In this document: in pieces, positions 24,820 through 36,429 of the stretch | Layout: each line of letters begins with the position of its first letter | Numbering within the stretch: the first letter of the stretch is position 1 | DNA from: Narcine bancroftii | Lineage: Eukaryota | Direction: 5' to 3' | NCBI RefSeq assembly: GCF_036971445.1 | Contig: NC_091470.1 | Location: 247,938,001 to 248,002,000 of the forward strand | Length of the DNA: 64,000 bases | Program-made: the position numbers and the translations under genes | Notes under the pieces: generated by a model | Seen by the model: only the letters and a program-made list of their open reading frames with translations | Databases searched by the model: none | Told to the model about the DNA's origin: nothing

Positions 24820-27009
24820 ATTTAGATTAATTATTCTTCTACAGGTAATGTTTATATGAAAAATCAAATTTACTTGACATTTGTAAATCCTTTTTACAAT
24901 AATCCTTTGGAGCTTCAATGGAAATAGAGAGGTGAAAGAACGATGTGCTATGTGAAAGACCTCCTTTCAAATGCTGATATGTCCCACAAAAATGGCATTT
25001 AACTTATTGCAGAAACAAACCATGCTACTGCTACGCAAGAGAGAAATTGACAGGGAACAATGCAACCTTGCAACATTAGCTCTCAGGAGTTCCCACGTTA
25101 AATGCACTAAGGAATTTTGTTCTATGTCTTACTATTTATTATCTGACAGTGCCATGTTCGATATGAATGGGAATGATGGCGTATTTAAGAATGAACGGGA
25201 CATATGTCAGCTGCATGCAATAGTGCTTTTCTTGTAGCAGCTTAATTTGCAGTTTTTATAGTGATCCTTGTTGAAAATGTACCAGAGTGCTGCAGCACAG
25301 TGGCCCTTTGGACCTCGACGTTGTGCTGCCCCACTTTGAAGCACTGCTCTCCTTCGGTTCAGGGGTTCAAATTCAATTTTGGAAGGTAGAGTATTTACCC
25401 ATTGAATCAGCGCACAGACAAACTTACCCAGTTGAATGACATATAATCTTGCAGCACAGGCAGTGATCATTTGGACCATTCTCAGCCTGTCACTGAGTGT
25501 TTTTCGTAGAGAGAACAATAAGCTTTTAGATATTAAGGAAATTGAGGGAAATGAAGTTTTGTGCAGAAAGGTGGGGCTGAGATAAAGGATCAGTAATGAT
25601 CTCTATTTCTTATATGCCTGTGTGCTTCCATTAGTCCCAGTTTCCTCATCTTTTACTGTTGCTTTGTAAATGTTTTCACTTTCAAGTCTTTATCTGTTGG
25701 CAGTGGTATATTTTCAGGTAGCTAATGTCATTTTTCACTTCTTATTAATTCATCCTTGGTCATATTTGCTCTAAATGCTGTGCCCATCCAAGTGACCTGG
25801 CCGGGCTTTCCTCACATCTTGTCCAAACCTTGAAAGAATTTCCAGATCTGACTCATCCTGAGATAAATCCACATTTGTGAACAGAAATTGAAACACTTGT
25901 CCTTTTCCTTAAGTTCCCTTTAGTCGAATGACCCCCACACCCTTCTTACTGCTAAATTTGCTTTTATCATACACTAAGCCCCCTAACTAGCTCAGAGGAA
26001 TATCCCTTCACAAATGATAAATCTTAATCGTGTTGTATTTAATTCCAATTTATCGCAGGCCAAAAACTCTTTTTCTGAATTGCAGTTAAACCATTGCGTT
26101 ACGTTAGTTGTAATACCACTTGAACTTTTGCATAGCTTCACATTAATTCATCTTGGTTGAAAGGAAAGAATCTTACAGTGGGTGAATCTTTGCAATCTGA
26201 TTGAGGTCATTACATTTTATAGGAGCCATTTTTCAAAGCAGTACTGACAGCACTCCAAGTTATTAAATTGCAGCAGCAAAAGATGGACCCGCAATCACAT
26301 TTATGAACTGGTATAGAAAAGCTTGAGTCACGTGCAGTGCAAAGGTTAAGATCCTGATGCAGTTAAGCTTCATCGCCCCCTCAGTGATGGCAGTATTTAC
26401 ACGAGCATCTTGGTTTAATGGTCAGGGAAGTGACTTAGCCCACCTCTGGTTTCGGAATAGATTAAGTCAGCAAATTGCATCCCATAATTACCCGCAATGA
26501 AAGGGATTCTCCAGATATTTTAAAACCCTGGGGACTTTACATTAAATCATGGCACGCTGAATGGTGATGTGCAGACTCTTAAAAGAACCATAGTGAACAT
26601 GTGATTATAGGCTATGAGATTTTTAACTGTAAGTTATTACTTTCAATGGTTATTCACAATATTTGAATGACAAGATTTAAGGTCATGTAATATGCTGTGA
26701 AAGAGTAATTTTTAGAGTGCAGGTTAAGATCAAAGAATTGTTTTTATCTTTTACAACCCCATTTGAGAGAGGGTACTGAGATGTTGCCAATGAGCAACCT
26801 CTTGGGTATAGCCAAGAAGATGCTTTGGTCCCATCTTTACACTGTTGAGTGGTCTCAATGAAATTTGCAAAACCCATTCCCCATCCCATCTCAAAAATAT
26901 CTCAGATGAATGCCTATTAATATGAGTTAATTCATTTTCTCCTTTCCCATAATCCCCTTACCTTGTACTCTTTTCTGGAAGAATGAGAGTTCCCAGCAGA
27001 AAGCACTGT

Positions 27010-27485
27010 CAGTCTGAGTCAGAAAGTTGTGAATTCAAGCCTTCTCCAGAGAGCTGAATGAAAAATCTGGTCCAATGGTCTACTGAAGAACTGAAAGTGT
27101 ACTGCATTGCTAGAAATGGCTTCCTTCAGAAAATACTTCAAACCCATCAGTTGGAGTAAGCGTAAAAGAGGCCAAAACGCACTTTTGAGCTCCATAACCC
27201 TCAGCCACACTTTTGACAACACTATCATTATTAAATCCTCATTCTTGTTTACAAATCTCTGCTCCAAACCTGGTACCTCAAGAAGCACAGATATTAACCA
27301 GTCCAACGTTTGTGGCTATAGGTCCTCAGATGTACAATTCCCTTCCTAAGCCTCTCTGCCTCTCTCTCTTTAAAACCTGCCCATTCGGCCTAATTTTTCC
27401 TGCCTACTTCCAATATGCAACTTGCTGTTAAATTTTGTTTGATGGCTCTCTTGTGAAGTCCTGTGAGGCATTTTAGTGAGGCAGA
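27010..27485 (+). mobile_element. Degraded Deu-SINE head followed by an L2-like 3' end
   Basis: tcagaaagttgtgaattcaagcc head; aattcccttcctaagcctctctgcctctctc...aaattttgtttgatggctctcttgtgaag tail. Confidence 0.45.
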
Positions 27486-28349
27486 GTCTTCCTGGTTTTG
27501 CCCAGCAATCACAAAGAGAATCAATGGCATTTAGCCATTCACTCTGAAGTATGTCCCAAACTTGTACACACAGGCTGAGAGTTTGAGACATGCTGATAGA
27601 TGTAGGTGGTCATTTCTACCATCCTAAACCAGGTCATAACTGGCACAAGATCCAAGATCCGATTGATTTGAATAGGAATTGGGATTAAAAGGCACAGGAA
27701 AGGTGTTTCTTTCTTTATTTGTTGTTTTTATATAATTTATTGTTATTAATTATGACAGGTTTTAGATAACCTTATTGATTTAAACATATTATAGTTGTGA
27801 TAATTTTGAACTATTTCTGCATCAGAGGTTTAACGATTGTTAAAATCCACAATAGCTTTGATAAAAGGCAAAGCTTTGCCCTCAGCCGCTGAAGGCAAGT
27901 CATCAGTGGGACTTCACTGCCCAAAGTCAAGGATTTAGAGGTTCAGCTAGGTAAACACAGGGAGCAAGCCCAAACTCACTTGATCTGGCCTGTTATATTG
28001 AAGCAAATATGTGAACACAAGTTGTGGTTGGTTAAGTTGTAAAAATATTCTCCCTGTGCAATGGCTATAGAGTCACAGAGTTCTACAGCATAGTAACAGG
28101 GTAACCCAATGACCTCTAGGTGGATGCAGCAATTCCTGTAGGACCAGGCAGGTGTTGCACACTGGGGAGGTCAACCAGTGAGTCTGTATGGACCTGTCAC
28201 CCAGCCATCATGAACCTATCTGGGAACAAGGGAGGAAATGAAGTGGGGGACAGAGAAGAAGGCAGAAAGTTCTGAGAGATCACACAGATCCACTCCTTGA
28301 ACCCTTTTTCTTTTAGTATTCCTTAGACAGCAAGAGAGAGCAATGAGAA

Positions 28350-28554
28350 ACACAAGAACTACAGATGGTGGGATCATGAGTGAGCAAAGTGAAGCTGGAG
28401 GGACCCAGCAGACCAGGCACCGTCTATGGAGAAAAACAACCAGTCAACGTTTAAGAATCGATAAAGGGTCCTGACACAAAACGATGACTGTCCATTTCTC
28501 TTCATGGATGCTGCCTAATCTACTGATTCCCTCCAGCTTCTTTTTGTTCACTCA
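28350..28554. mobile_element. Penelope-type pseudo-LTR pair in inverted arrangement
   Basis: Arm 28377-28452 is the imperfect reverse complement of ~28478-28554; degenerate hammerhead-like core gataaagggtcctgacacaaaacg between them. Confidence 0.7.
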
Positions 28555-29804
28555 GTGAAGAACAATGATTCAAATGAAGCTTTTTGAGAGGCTATGACAT
28601 GATTGAAAGATCAATGCAAAGGCTTCAAACTTCTATCAGTTAGAATGGAGGGAAACTGTTAGATCTATGCGTTGCTATTTGTCTTTCTGTCTGAGCTTGG
28701 AAACAGTGCTTGCATTGGTTGTGTAGGATCAACCTTGAACACTGCATAGATTTCCAGCTGTGAGTCCTGGCTTGAGTACACAATGGGCAGTGAGCCACAT
28801 ACTTTATGTGGAGGTAATGATGCAATGTCAGTCACTTAATGGTGAAAAATTCAGACACACATCTCGGCAATCTTTCCCAGCTTGTTTGGAAGTTGGCAAC
28901 TGCCCTTTCCTTAAAGTTGTTTTAATTTGAATTTAAAGTGGTTGATCAGGAGCAGGTCACTGATAATCTGTGAGAAACAGCAATTGCATTTGGTAATTAA
29001 GAGAATTTACCACATAGCTGCAGACCCTTCAGCCCAACTAGTCTATGCAGATGTGTATGTCCCACAAAAACTCATTCTCAGCTAACCGTAGCAGCATATC
29101 TTTCCTTTCTCCCTAATGGGTGTATCTGCCTTGTCCTTAAATACATAAATGTTATTTGTCTCGTTTATTTTAACTATTTATGAGATGGGATTGGCATCAG
29201 CAAGGCAGGCAGGCGTTTGTTCAGCAACCCCTACTGTCTATTGGTTAGGAAGATCCAGGATTTGCACTGAGTATGAAAGGGCCATTAATATGTTACTAAA
29301 TCAGTGATTCAGAAGGGGTTCTGCAGGTGATAGTGAACCCTTTGTCCTTCTTGGGGCAGAGATTTCTGATTTAGAAGTTGCTGCCAGTTGGTAGTGAGTT
29401 CCACATTGTATCTTCTCTTTAGATAAGTGCATTTTCTCTTGATTCTGTAATTGATTAGTGACAATCCTATTGAAGCCCTTTAGTTTTGCTCCACCACAGA
29501 AATGGAAATAATTCTTTGGATTCCACAACTGTTTGACTCAGAAGGGAGAGTGGGTGCCCTGTAGTGAGAAAGCCTTATTCTCATGCATTAATTGAGCTTT
29601 GTAGTAATGAAGTACAAAACAGATATACATAAACGATCTTATTTCTATTGGTTGGGGATGGAAGGTTTTTTTTAATGGGTCAATGCATCAATAAATGCAT
29701 CAAAAAAATGTATTAATTAGTGTTGGATTAGTATTGGGTAAAGTATTTTTGCTTTTCAGGGCCTTCAAACATTACTGATAATCTGTTTTCCTCCTGAATT
29801 CTAG

Positions 29805-31177
29805 GTATAGTTTCCAAAGCATATGAGTGTCGATTGAAAGGACAAGGGGCACAATTCGTGGAAACAACTGTTCCATTCAACTCACCCCCAAGCGCAGAGA
29901 CCAGTGAAGTTTTGGGTGACTCTGTCAACTGCTGCGTTCAGCAGCAGGAATCAAATGAGCCCATTGGCCAAGTGATCATCATTCAAGGCTATCAAGGTGA
30001 CTACGGAGATGCTGTCCCCATTGATGCCTCAGTGGAAGCTACTGCAGCTGCGACCCTACAGACCCTGGCTATGGCAGGTCAAATGGCCCAGTTGACAGAA
30101 GTGGTCCACATTACAGAAGATGGTCAATTTATTGCCACAGCGCAAAGCAGCTCCCATTCAAGTGGCATGATGCCTGGAGAGATTCTGTCAAGGCACCTCG
30201 CTTCTGGTGCCACACAGGTGGTCGTGGTAGAGAGCCCAGTTGGAGGAGGGAATGCCGGGGAAGGTGCCATGGCCATGGAAGCCCTTGCTGATCCCGGTCA
30301 TGTCATTGAGCAGGTGATGACACAGGAGGAGTCGGCCGAGCAACCAACAGACGCACCCACCCCTCTGGATGCACTCCTGTGTGCCATCACAGAGTTGGGC
30401 GCAGTGGAGGTAAGGTCAGCCAATCAAGGAGCTCGCGAGCCCATCCAAACGGAAACCTGCACCCCAGTTTCTGCCACGGAGGAAGTTGATTCAGACCCAA
30501 GTGAACCGCTGGGGGCAGTTGCACAACTTCCCCACAAAGAGCAAGCTGTTGATGAAGCAATGAAGCCAGTAGAAGTGATGACAGACATCAAGCAACCCTC
30601 CACTGTTATCACAGCACAAACTGCACCTCCAGCGTCTCTTAGTGACGTGGTTCAAGAGGTTCTGCAATTCACTATGTGCGATATAAGGACGGCAAGCCAA
30701 ATCATGAAAGATGGCATCACACAGGTCATAGTGACTGAGGAAGGGGCTGCTCACATGGTGGAGGGAACATCCCAGATCATCATGCAGGAGGGTGAGGAGC
30801 AAACTATAACCACTAGCGGCCATCCTGTGCAGTTGATAGACTCCAATGGTGGTATATCACAGTTAATAGTCACAGAAGAAATTGCCCAAGCCATGGTTCA
30901 AGAGGCCACTGCTCAGATGTCCGAGGAAGCGACGCATGTTATTGTTACGGAGCTGCCACATGACATGGTGAATGGTGTGGACAATCAGGCAGTGACAGAG
31001 GTTTATCCACACGGCGTGATGGAGCTGATGACTGAGGGCATCTCATCAATTGGTCAGCCAGTGACAACCATTGCATTGACAGAGTGCTACACCGAGGGCA
31101 GGTCAGAAATAGTTATGACAGAATTGCCGACAGAAGAGGAACAAGAAATGGAAGTGGGCGGGAACCAGGAAGCATGA
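29805..31177 (+). CDS. ZNF407: Terminal coding exon of zinc finger protein 407 (acidic, low-complexity C-terminal region; zinc-finger exons not seen, presumably upstream of the window)
   Basis: Pyrimidine tract and acceptor (ctgttttcctcctgaattctag|GT) with AG at 29803-29804. Phase-1 frame reads (G)IVSKAYECRLKGQGAQFVET..., then AAATLQTLAMAGQ, VVHITEDGQ, LDALLCAITELG, ISQLIVTEE..QAMVQE, ending QEA* (TGA 31175-31177). These match the C-terminal exon of vertebrate ZNF407 as I recall it. It is the only long uninterrupted non-TE ORF; the track's 29834 start is an internal TTG. Confidence 0.9.
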
Positions 31178-32795
31178 TCACCATCAGCAGGAGAGGATGC
31201 TTTGTCAAAAGAGGTGATGTTCAGTGTGATGCATGTCTGCAGTGGGGAATCTGGCTATAGTGATTGGTCATGCAGTACCCTCTAGGTCATTGAACGAGGC
31301 ACAATTTATTATTGTGACTCCATTGGAACAAAGGATTTTTTTTTAATTCACTGTCTGTGACAATACAGGTCCACAGGTCAATTGAATGCAAGATACCCTT
31401 GATAGAAGTGCAGGAGTGTGTAAGTCAGCCTGTGCGTTACCACATACTTTCAAGATTTCCATTTGCAGATTTGCTCATCCCAGCTGACACTAAAGGGGAA
31501 AAGATCCAATGAATGACATCGAATCAGGAGGTGAAGGTTTGTGGATGAGAAATGAGGGGAACTTTGGAAATAGCTGAAGAACAGTCTTTGTCTTTTGTTG
31601 GGGGGTGGGGGGTGCATGGGAGATGGAAATGAGATCAACTCAGACTCAGGGAGTGATGTGGATGTAGAGGGTCCAAAAGTGGTGAGAAAGAAACATGGTT
31701 TAGAAATGGATTTGAGTGATGCATCATTTAATTTGGTGACTCAGTCAATTTATGTTTATTTCCTGATTTGAGCACTGAAATTGCTGAGTATAAATTCCCT
31801 CAAAACTTTGGTACAAAGCATTAATTGCCTCAGATATCTTTAATTGCCCTCTTTCTTCCCAGCAAGAGCGGGATCTGAACCAAATTCCAGCCAGTAAACT
31901 AAACAAAGGATCAAGATGGGTGAGAGAGGGGAGAATTGTGTTCCTTGCGCTTTCCTGACTTACCTTTGACTTCTATCAAGGATGCGGGGAGAGAAATAAG
32001 TTCAAGCAAGTTGTACTTAGCCAGCCACCATGTAGTTAGCTATTTATCAAGGTTATTCAAATGCTGATTTTTCTCCCCAAACATGAATTCTGAAGAATGT
32101 ATTGAACTTGTTGCTTGTTTTCTTTTGCTTTACTTATTTGGGAAAGTGGGAACAGAGCAGGCAGGGAATGTCAAAGGAAGAAACATTTCAAATGAAATGG
32201 AAGAACAGCTTTACCAAGCTCAAGTGGCCTGTTTAATTGTAAAATCGATGTGAAATAAAACAATAATGTATGCTTTTCTACTTGACAATCTTAACATGGC
32301 TTTGGAAAAAAGAAAAGTTTGTGTTTTCCTTTTGTTGAGCGCTTGTACCAATAAACAGTTCTGGTTAAAGAGAAGAAGAAAGACATTTCTATAATTTATA
32401 GATTGTTCTTGCATTTTCATGACTACAAGTAATTAAGCAAAATTTACTAAACTTTTTAAAGAAGGAGAATTAAGTGCTTGGCTGGAACCCAGTATTCTAA
32501 GTGATTCATATGTTTACCAATTATGAAAATAAGCCCTGTTTTAATGTACAATTAGTGAATAACAATATAATTATATGATGTGTTTTACACACAGAGCAGC
32601 AACCAATACACTTCTGAGTCTGTCAAATGCATATAAATATTATTTTATATGATCTCAACAATTTAATCGGTTCAAATCTGCTTGATGTTATGCATCTGCA
32701 AAATCCATGGCATTTCATTCTTGCAGAAATATTAATCGCATCCTTTACAAAAAAAAACATTCAGAAGAGTGTGAGGTAGTGAAGAAAATAAAGTG
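31178..32795 (+). other. Probable ZNF407 3'UTR with candidate poly(A) signals
   Basis: Unique, AU-rich sequence with no recognisable TE after the stop. AATAAA at ~32254, ~32350 and ~32787. True end is unknown. Confidence 0.5.
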
Positions 32796-33639
32796 ACCAC
32801 CAGCTACAGTGTCCACATGACCCGACAGCTGCTGTTCCGCGCATTGCAAATCAGGACTTTGTTGCACTGAGAATGATGCACAGAAACACAAAGGTTAACT
32901 GCAAAATCTGGGCATTGAGTGCTTAGTGGAGGGAAGCATGCCAGCTTAAATCTAGATTCATGGACACATGAAAGGAAACTGATTGAATCAGGTGAACTTT
33001 TAAAGCAGCAGCATGGCTTGCATGCTGCTGTTGGAATACTTTTGCTTCAGTTGTTACTGTTCAACTCGTGTCCAAGTCATGAAATGCTATTTAAATTGTT
33101 CATTATCCTTAGATTACAATGCAAGTTTTGCAGTGATTTGTCTGAAATACATTGTCAGAGCCTTTATTTAGTAAAGATTATAACTGAATATCTATTGCCT
33201 ATTTTTTTAACCTTGAATGCACTGGGACTGTGTAGGTTTCTCTCTCTGGAAAACTATTTGTAGTACTGAGTTTGAATATTTTTGCAGGAATACTCTTATG
33301 TATTGCCAAGATGTCCCACAATTGCATGGTAGAAGATTGGGTGTAATTGCAAACAAACAAGCATGGAAAATAATAGGTATTTTGTTATTACTTGAGAGGG
33401 CAAAAAGGGACCAGATAAGTTGCAAACTGTTCTGAATCAGACAAGTACATAATTTATAACTGAAATGCAGGTTTGGAGTCAACATCAGCTGTAGTGGAGA
33501 TGGAACCCAAAAACAAAGTTTCCTGTCAAATTAAAAGCACTGATACCGTCCCACAGAAACCCAAGAGGCTTATGTTCCTTGGGAGTGACTGGGCATCTTA
33601 TGAATAGCTGGACATACAAGATCAGGCTGTGTTACTCAT

Positions 33640-33995
33640 CAGGTAACATACTCATTTTTGGATTTGGCTTCAAGTCACAGGCTGGACACTTGTGCACAAA
33701 ATCCGTGTTATCATTCTGAATTTGGTCTAATGGGCGAAATGCTAACTTGAGCCAGGTGCTTATGTTAGATTTCACAGCAGAGCGGCAAGACTCTAATGTT
33801 TTTGCCATCATTTATTCTAAAGCCAACAACACTCAAACAGATTTTCCTTTTATTTGATGTTAGAGCTCTTGTTTCTAATTGTTAGATTTTATTATAGCTA
33901 TCCTAGTGGCCATTAAGCAGGTACTTAATTGCCTGTGAAGTGTTTGGAACATCCTGAGATGATGAAAGGTGCTATAGAAATGCAATGTCTTTTAT
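33640..33995 (+). mobile_element. Degraded Deu/SacSINE-like SINE
   Basis: Tail gtacttaattgcctgtgaagtgtttggaacatcctgagatgatgaaaggtgctatagaaatgcaa. Confidence 0.55.
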
Positions 33996-34221
33996 AAGAA
34001 GAAACCCTTTGCACAAGTTATTGATAATTAATAATACAACTGTTGTTCAAAATTGAAGGTTTGCAACCCTGGTAGAATTTCCATTAATCTTCTTCACCAT
34101 CACAAAGATCTGGGGAAGAGAATAGTTCTTGTTCCTCCATCCCTTACTCCTGACCCAACCAGGTTATATGATTTTCTAGACAGTTAAATGTTCTAATTAA
34201 TACCCCAACAGCCTTTAAATT

Positions 34222-34319
34222 TGTCTTGATGAAGAGTCTCGACCAAAAACGTCACTCTCCATTTCCCTTCACGGATGCTGCCTGACTCACTTCGTGCCTC
34301 CAGCAACTCATTTTTTTGG
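34222..34319 (+). mobile_element. 98-bp Penelope pLTR / hammerhead-like insert
   Basis: cttgatgaagagtctcgaccaaaaacgtc...ggatgctgcctgac..cctccagc flanked by a perfect 12-bp TSD AGCCTTTAAATT (34210-34221, 34320-34331). Confidence 0.8.
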
Positions 34320-34659
34320 AGCCTTTAAATTCACATTTATTTTGTAAATGATACAATATTATTGCATTTTTTGTTTACAAAACCCTGCTAAGTTTAAATA
34401 GAGCATGAGAAACAGTACTCAGTGAGAGGCAGGAGCTCATCCAAATGCGTGTCGATGGAGTGCGGGAAACAGAACCAGATGAGTTTCAAAGTGGTGTGGG
34501 CATCGTCACGGAATACTTTGGGCTTCCAAATAGCAGATGGATGGAGTTTTACCAGTTTTATAATTTGTCTCTAAATTTTCAGCACTGATTTTGTTTCTGA
34601 GAGCAAGGGACTCCACAGTTTTTTTAAAGGTAAGCAAGGTACCATGGTAATATGAAATG

Positions 34660-35025
34660 AGAGTTTATTTTATATATTGTACAGATGTATTGAATTTCTT
34701 GCTTGTTCCAATCACACAGGTACCAACAAGAATAGTATAAATTAAATTCCCATAAAGTGCCATGAAATAGAAAAACAGCAAATAAAAAGGTAAATATTCA
34801 CAGTTAAAGTTAGTGCAAAAAAGTGATGTTTCAATCGTGCAGATAGGTAGTCTAGGAGGAGTTCATGCTTAAAGTAGTTTGGTGCGGTCAAGGGCCTGAT
34901 AATTATTGGAGAAAGGTGTTCTTGAACCTCGAGGCACTGGTCTTCAGACTTTTTCACCTTCTGACTGAAGAAGAGATTGTGACCAGGGTGATGCGAATCC
35001 TTTATGATGATAGCGACCTTCTTAA
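34660..35025 (-). mobile_element. Rex1/Babar LINE 3' fragment
   Basis: AIIIKDSHHPGHNLF motif; 3'UTR similar to the copy at 50600-51320. Confidence 0.7.
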
Positions 35026-35871
35026 CCAATAAATGGAAGGTCAGTCTCATTGATGATCTTTTCCGTTTTCTGCAGCCTTCCACATCGCACCACATGCCCA
35101 AAAAGGAAATGACTTCATCAACCCTAATTTTGTCTACTGTGTTTAGTTTAGCTCTGGGTCAACGATTTCTCCAAGTTCAGTTGTTGTGTTCATTTGGCAT
35201 TGGATCCATTCGTGTAAAGAAGCAGAAAGTCTCCCACAGATAAAGTCCAGTGGTTCATAATTGCTAGTGTCCAATAAGTCCCATAATAACAGCACCGATG
35301 ATACCCTTGCTGTTTTTATTGCAACAAAATTTATTGTGTTAGTAAATGGAAGAGCCTAAGGACCACAACATCATTTTGTACACTGAAAGGTGAATCTTGG
35401 CTCTGTGCTGGGTAGGTTGATTGCCTTTTGTCCCCATCCTTCTGTTTTCTGAACTCTCATTGGTAAAATTATGCTACCCTTGCACTGTTTTTATTTGAAC
35501 CTGTTTTTTAAAAAGTTTGTTCTGCTTTTTGTACTCATGGATAGATTGTCTTAACTGGATAGGCATAAAACAAAATTCTTCTTCATATCTCAATACACAT
35601 GACAATGAAAAATTCATTTCAGTTTACTTCATCTCATCAGAGAACTCTTCCAGTGTTAACACATATTGCTCAATCATTCTCTTCTTGGCCGACAGTTCCC
35701 ACCCAAAGTCCAGTTATTGGAGCTCTGTTTTCTCAACACCAGGGAGAATAGGCAGATGGAAAGGTGACCAATCACCAATGCTGTGCCAATAAACAAAAAA
35801 AGTCCAATAAAACCAAAAATTGTCACATTCCCTTCAGTCTTTATTATTTTTTAATGTAATATTTTTTATTG

Positions 35872-35876
<5 letters not shown>

Positions 35877-35908
<32 letters not shown>
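35877..35908. repeat. (TA)n microsatellite
   Basis: Run of tatatata in the LINE 3'UTR. Confidence 0.95.
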
Positions 35909-35909
<1 letters not shown>

Positions 35910-36096
35910 CAACAAAAAGTGTAAGAACAAGAAAAATAAAAGAAAAAGACTAACTAACTAATCCTAAATCTATAGCCCTCAACTAAAAAAAGAGAAAAAG
36001 CCACTGGGATGCCTTAAACCAACAAAAGGGTAGTGGTACATTGGTGAATTGACTGTATGTAAATAAGTAAGTTCAGGAAGAGATTATAAATGTTTC

Positions 36097-36426
36097 ATAA
36101 GTTATATACAAAATAGTAAATCACTATTATTCATTAAACATTAAAATATTCCATAAAAGTGTGCCACATTTTATTAAACTGAACTTCCGTTTCTAATCTT
36201 CTCACGGTTCAAGCATGATAAGGTTTGGGTCATCCATTGTGCATAATTGGAAGGATTAGAGTCCTTCCATCTTAGCAAAAATACATCTTCTAGCCCATTA
36301 AAGTGGCAAAAGCTATCACATGGCAGTTCAACACCGATAATTGACCTCTATCACCACACCAAATAAAGCTGTAATTGAATGAGGTTGAATAGTAACCAAG
36401 AAAATACTGGAAAATGCATTAAAAAT
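36097..36426. repeat. ~330-bp direct repeat, copy 1 (copy 2 at 40481-40809)
   Basis: Near-identical sequence ataagttatatacaaaatagtaaatcac...ttaaaaat on both sides of the Gypsy element. Confidence 0.95.
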
Positions 36427-36429
36427 GGC

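Noticed and set aside
1-29804. Upstream ZNF407 C2H2 zinc-finger exons
   Set aside because: No CxxC...HxxxH/TGEKP coding segment recognised. A short exon below the ORF-track cutoff cannot be fully excluded.
31178-31285. Open frame continuing ~35 codons past the ZNF407 TGA (possible readthrough or selenocysteine)
   Set aside because: QEA* matches the vertebrate terminus as I recall it; context TGA-TCA is not the TGA-CTAG readthrough motif; no SECIS recognised.
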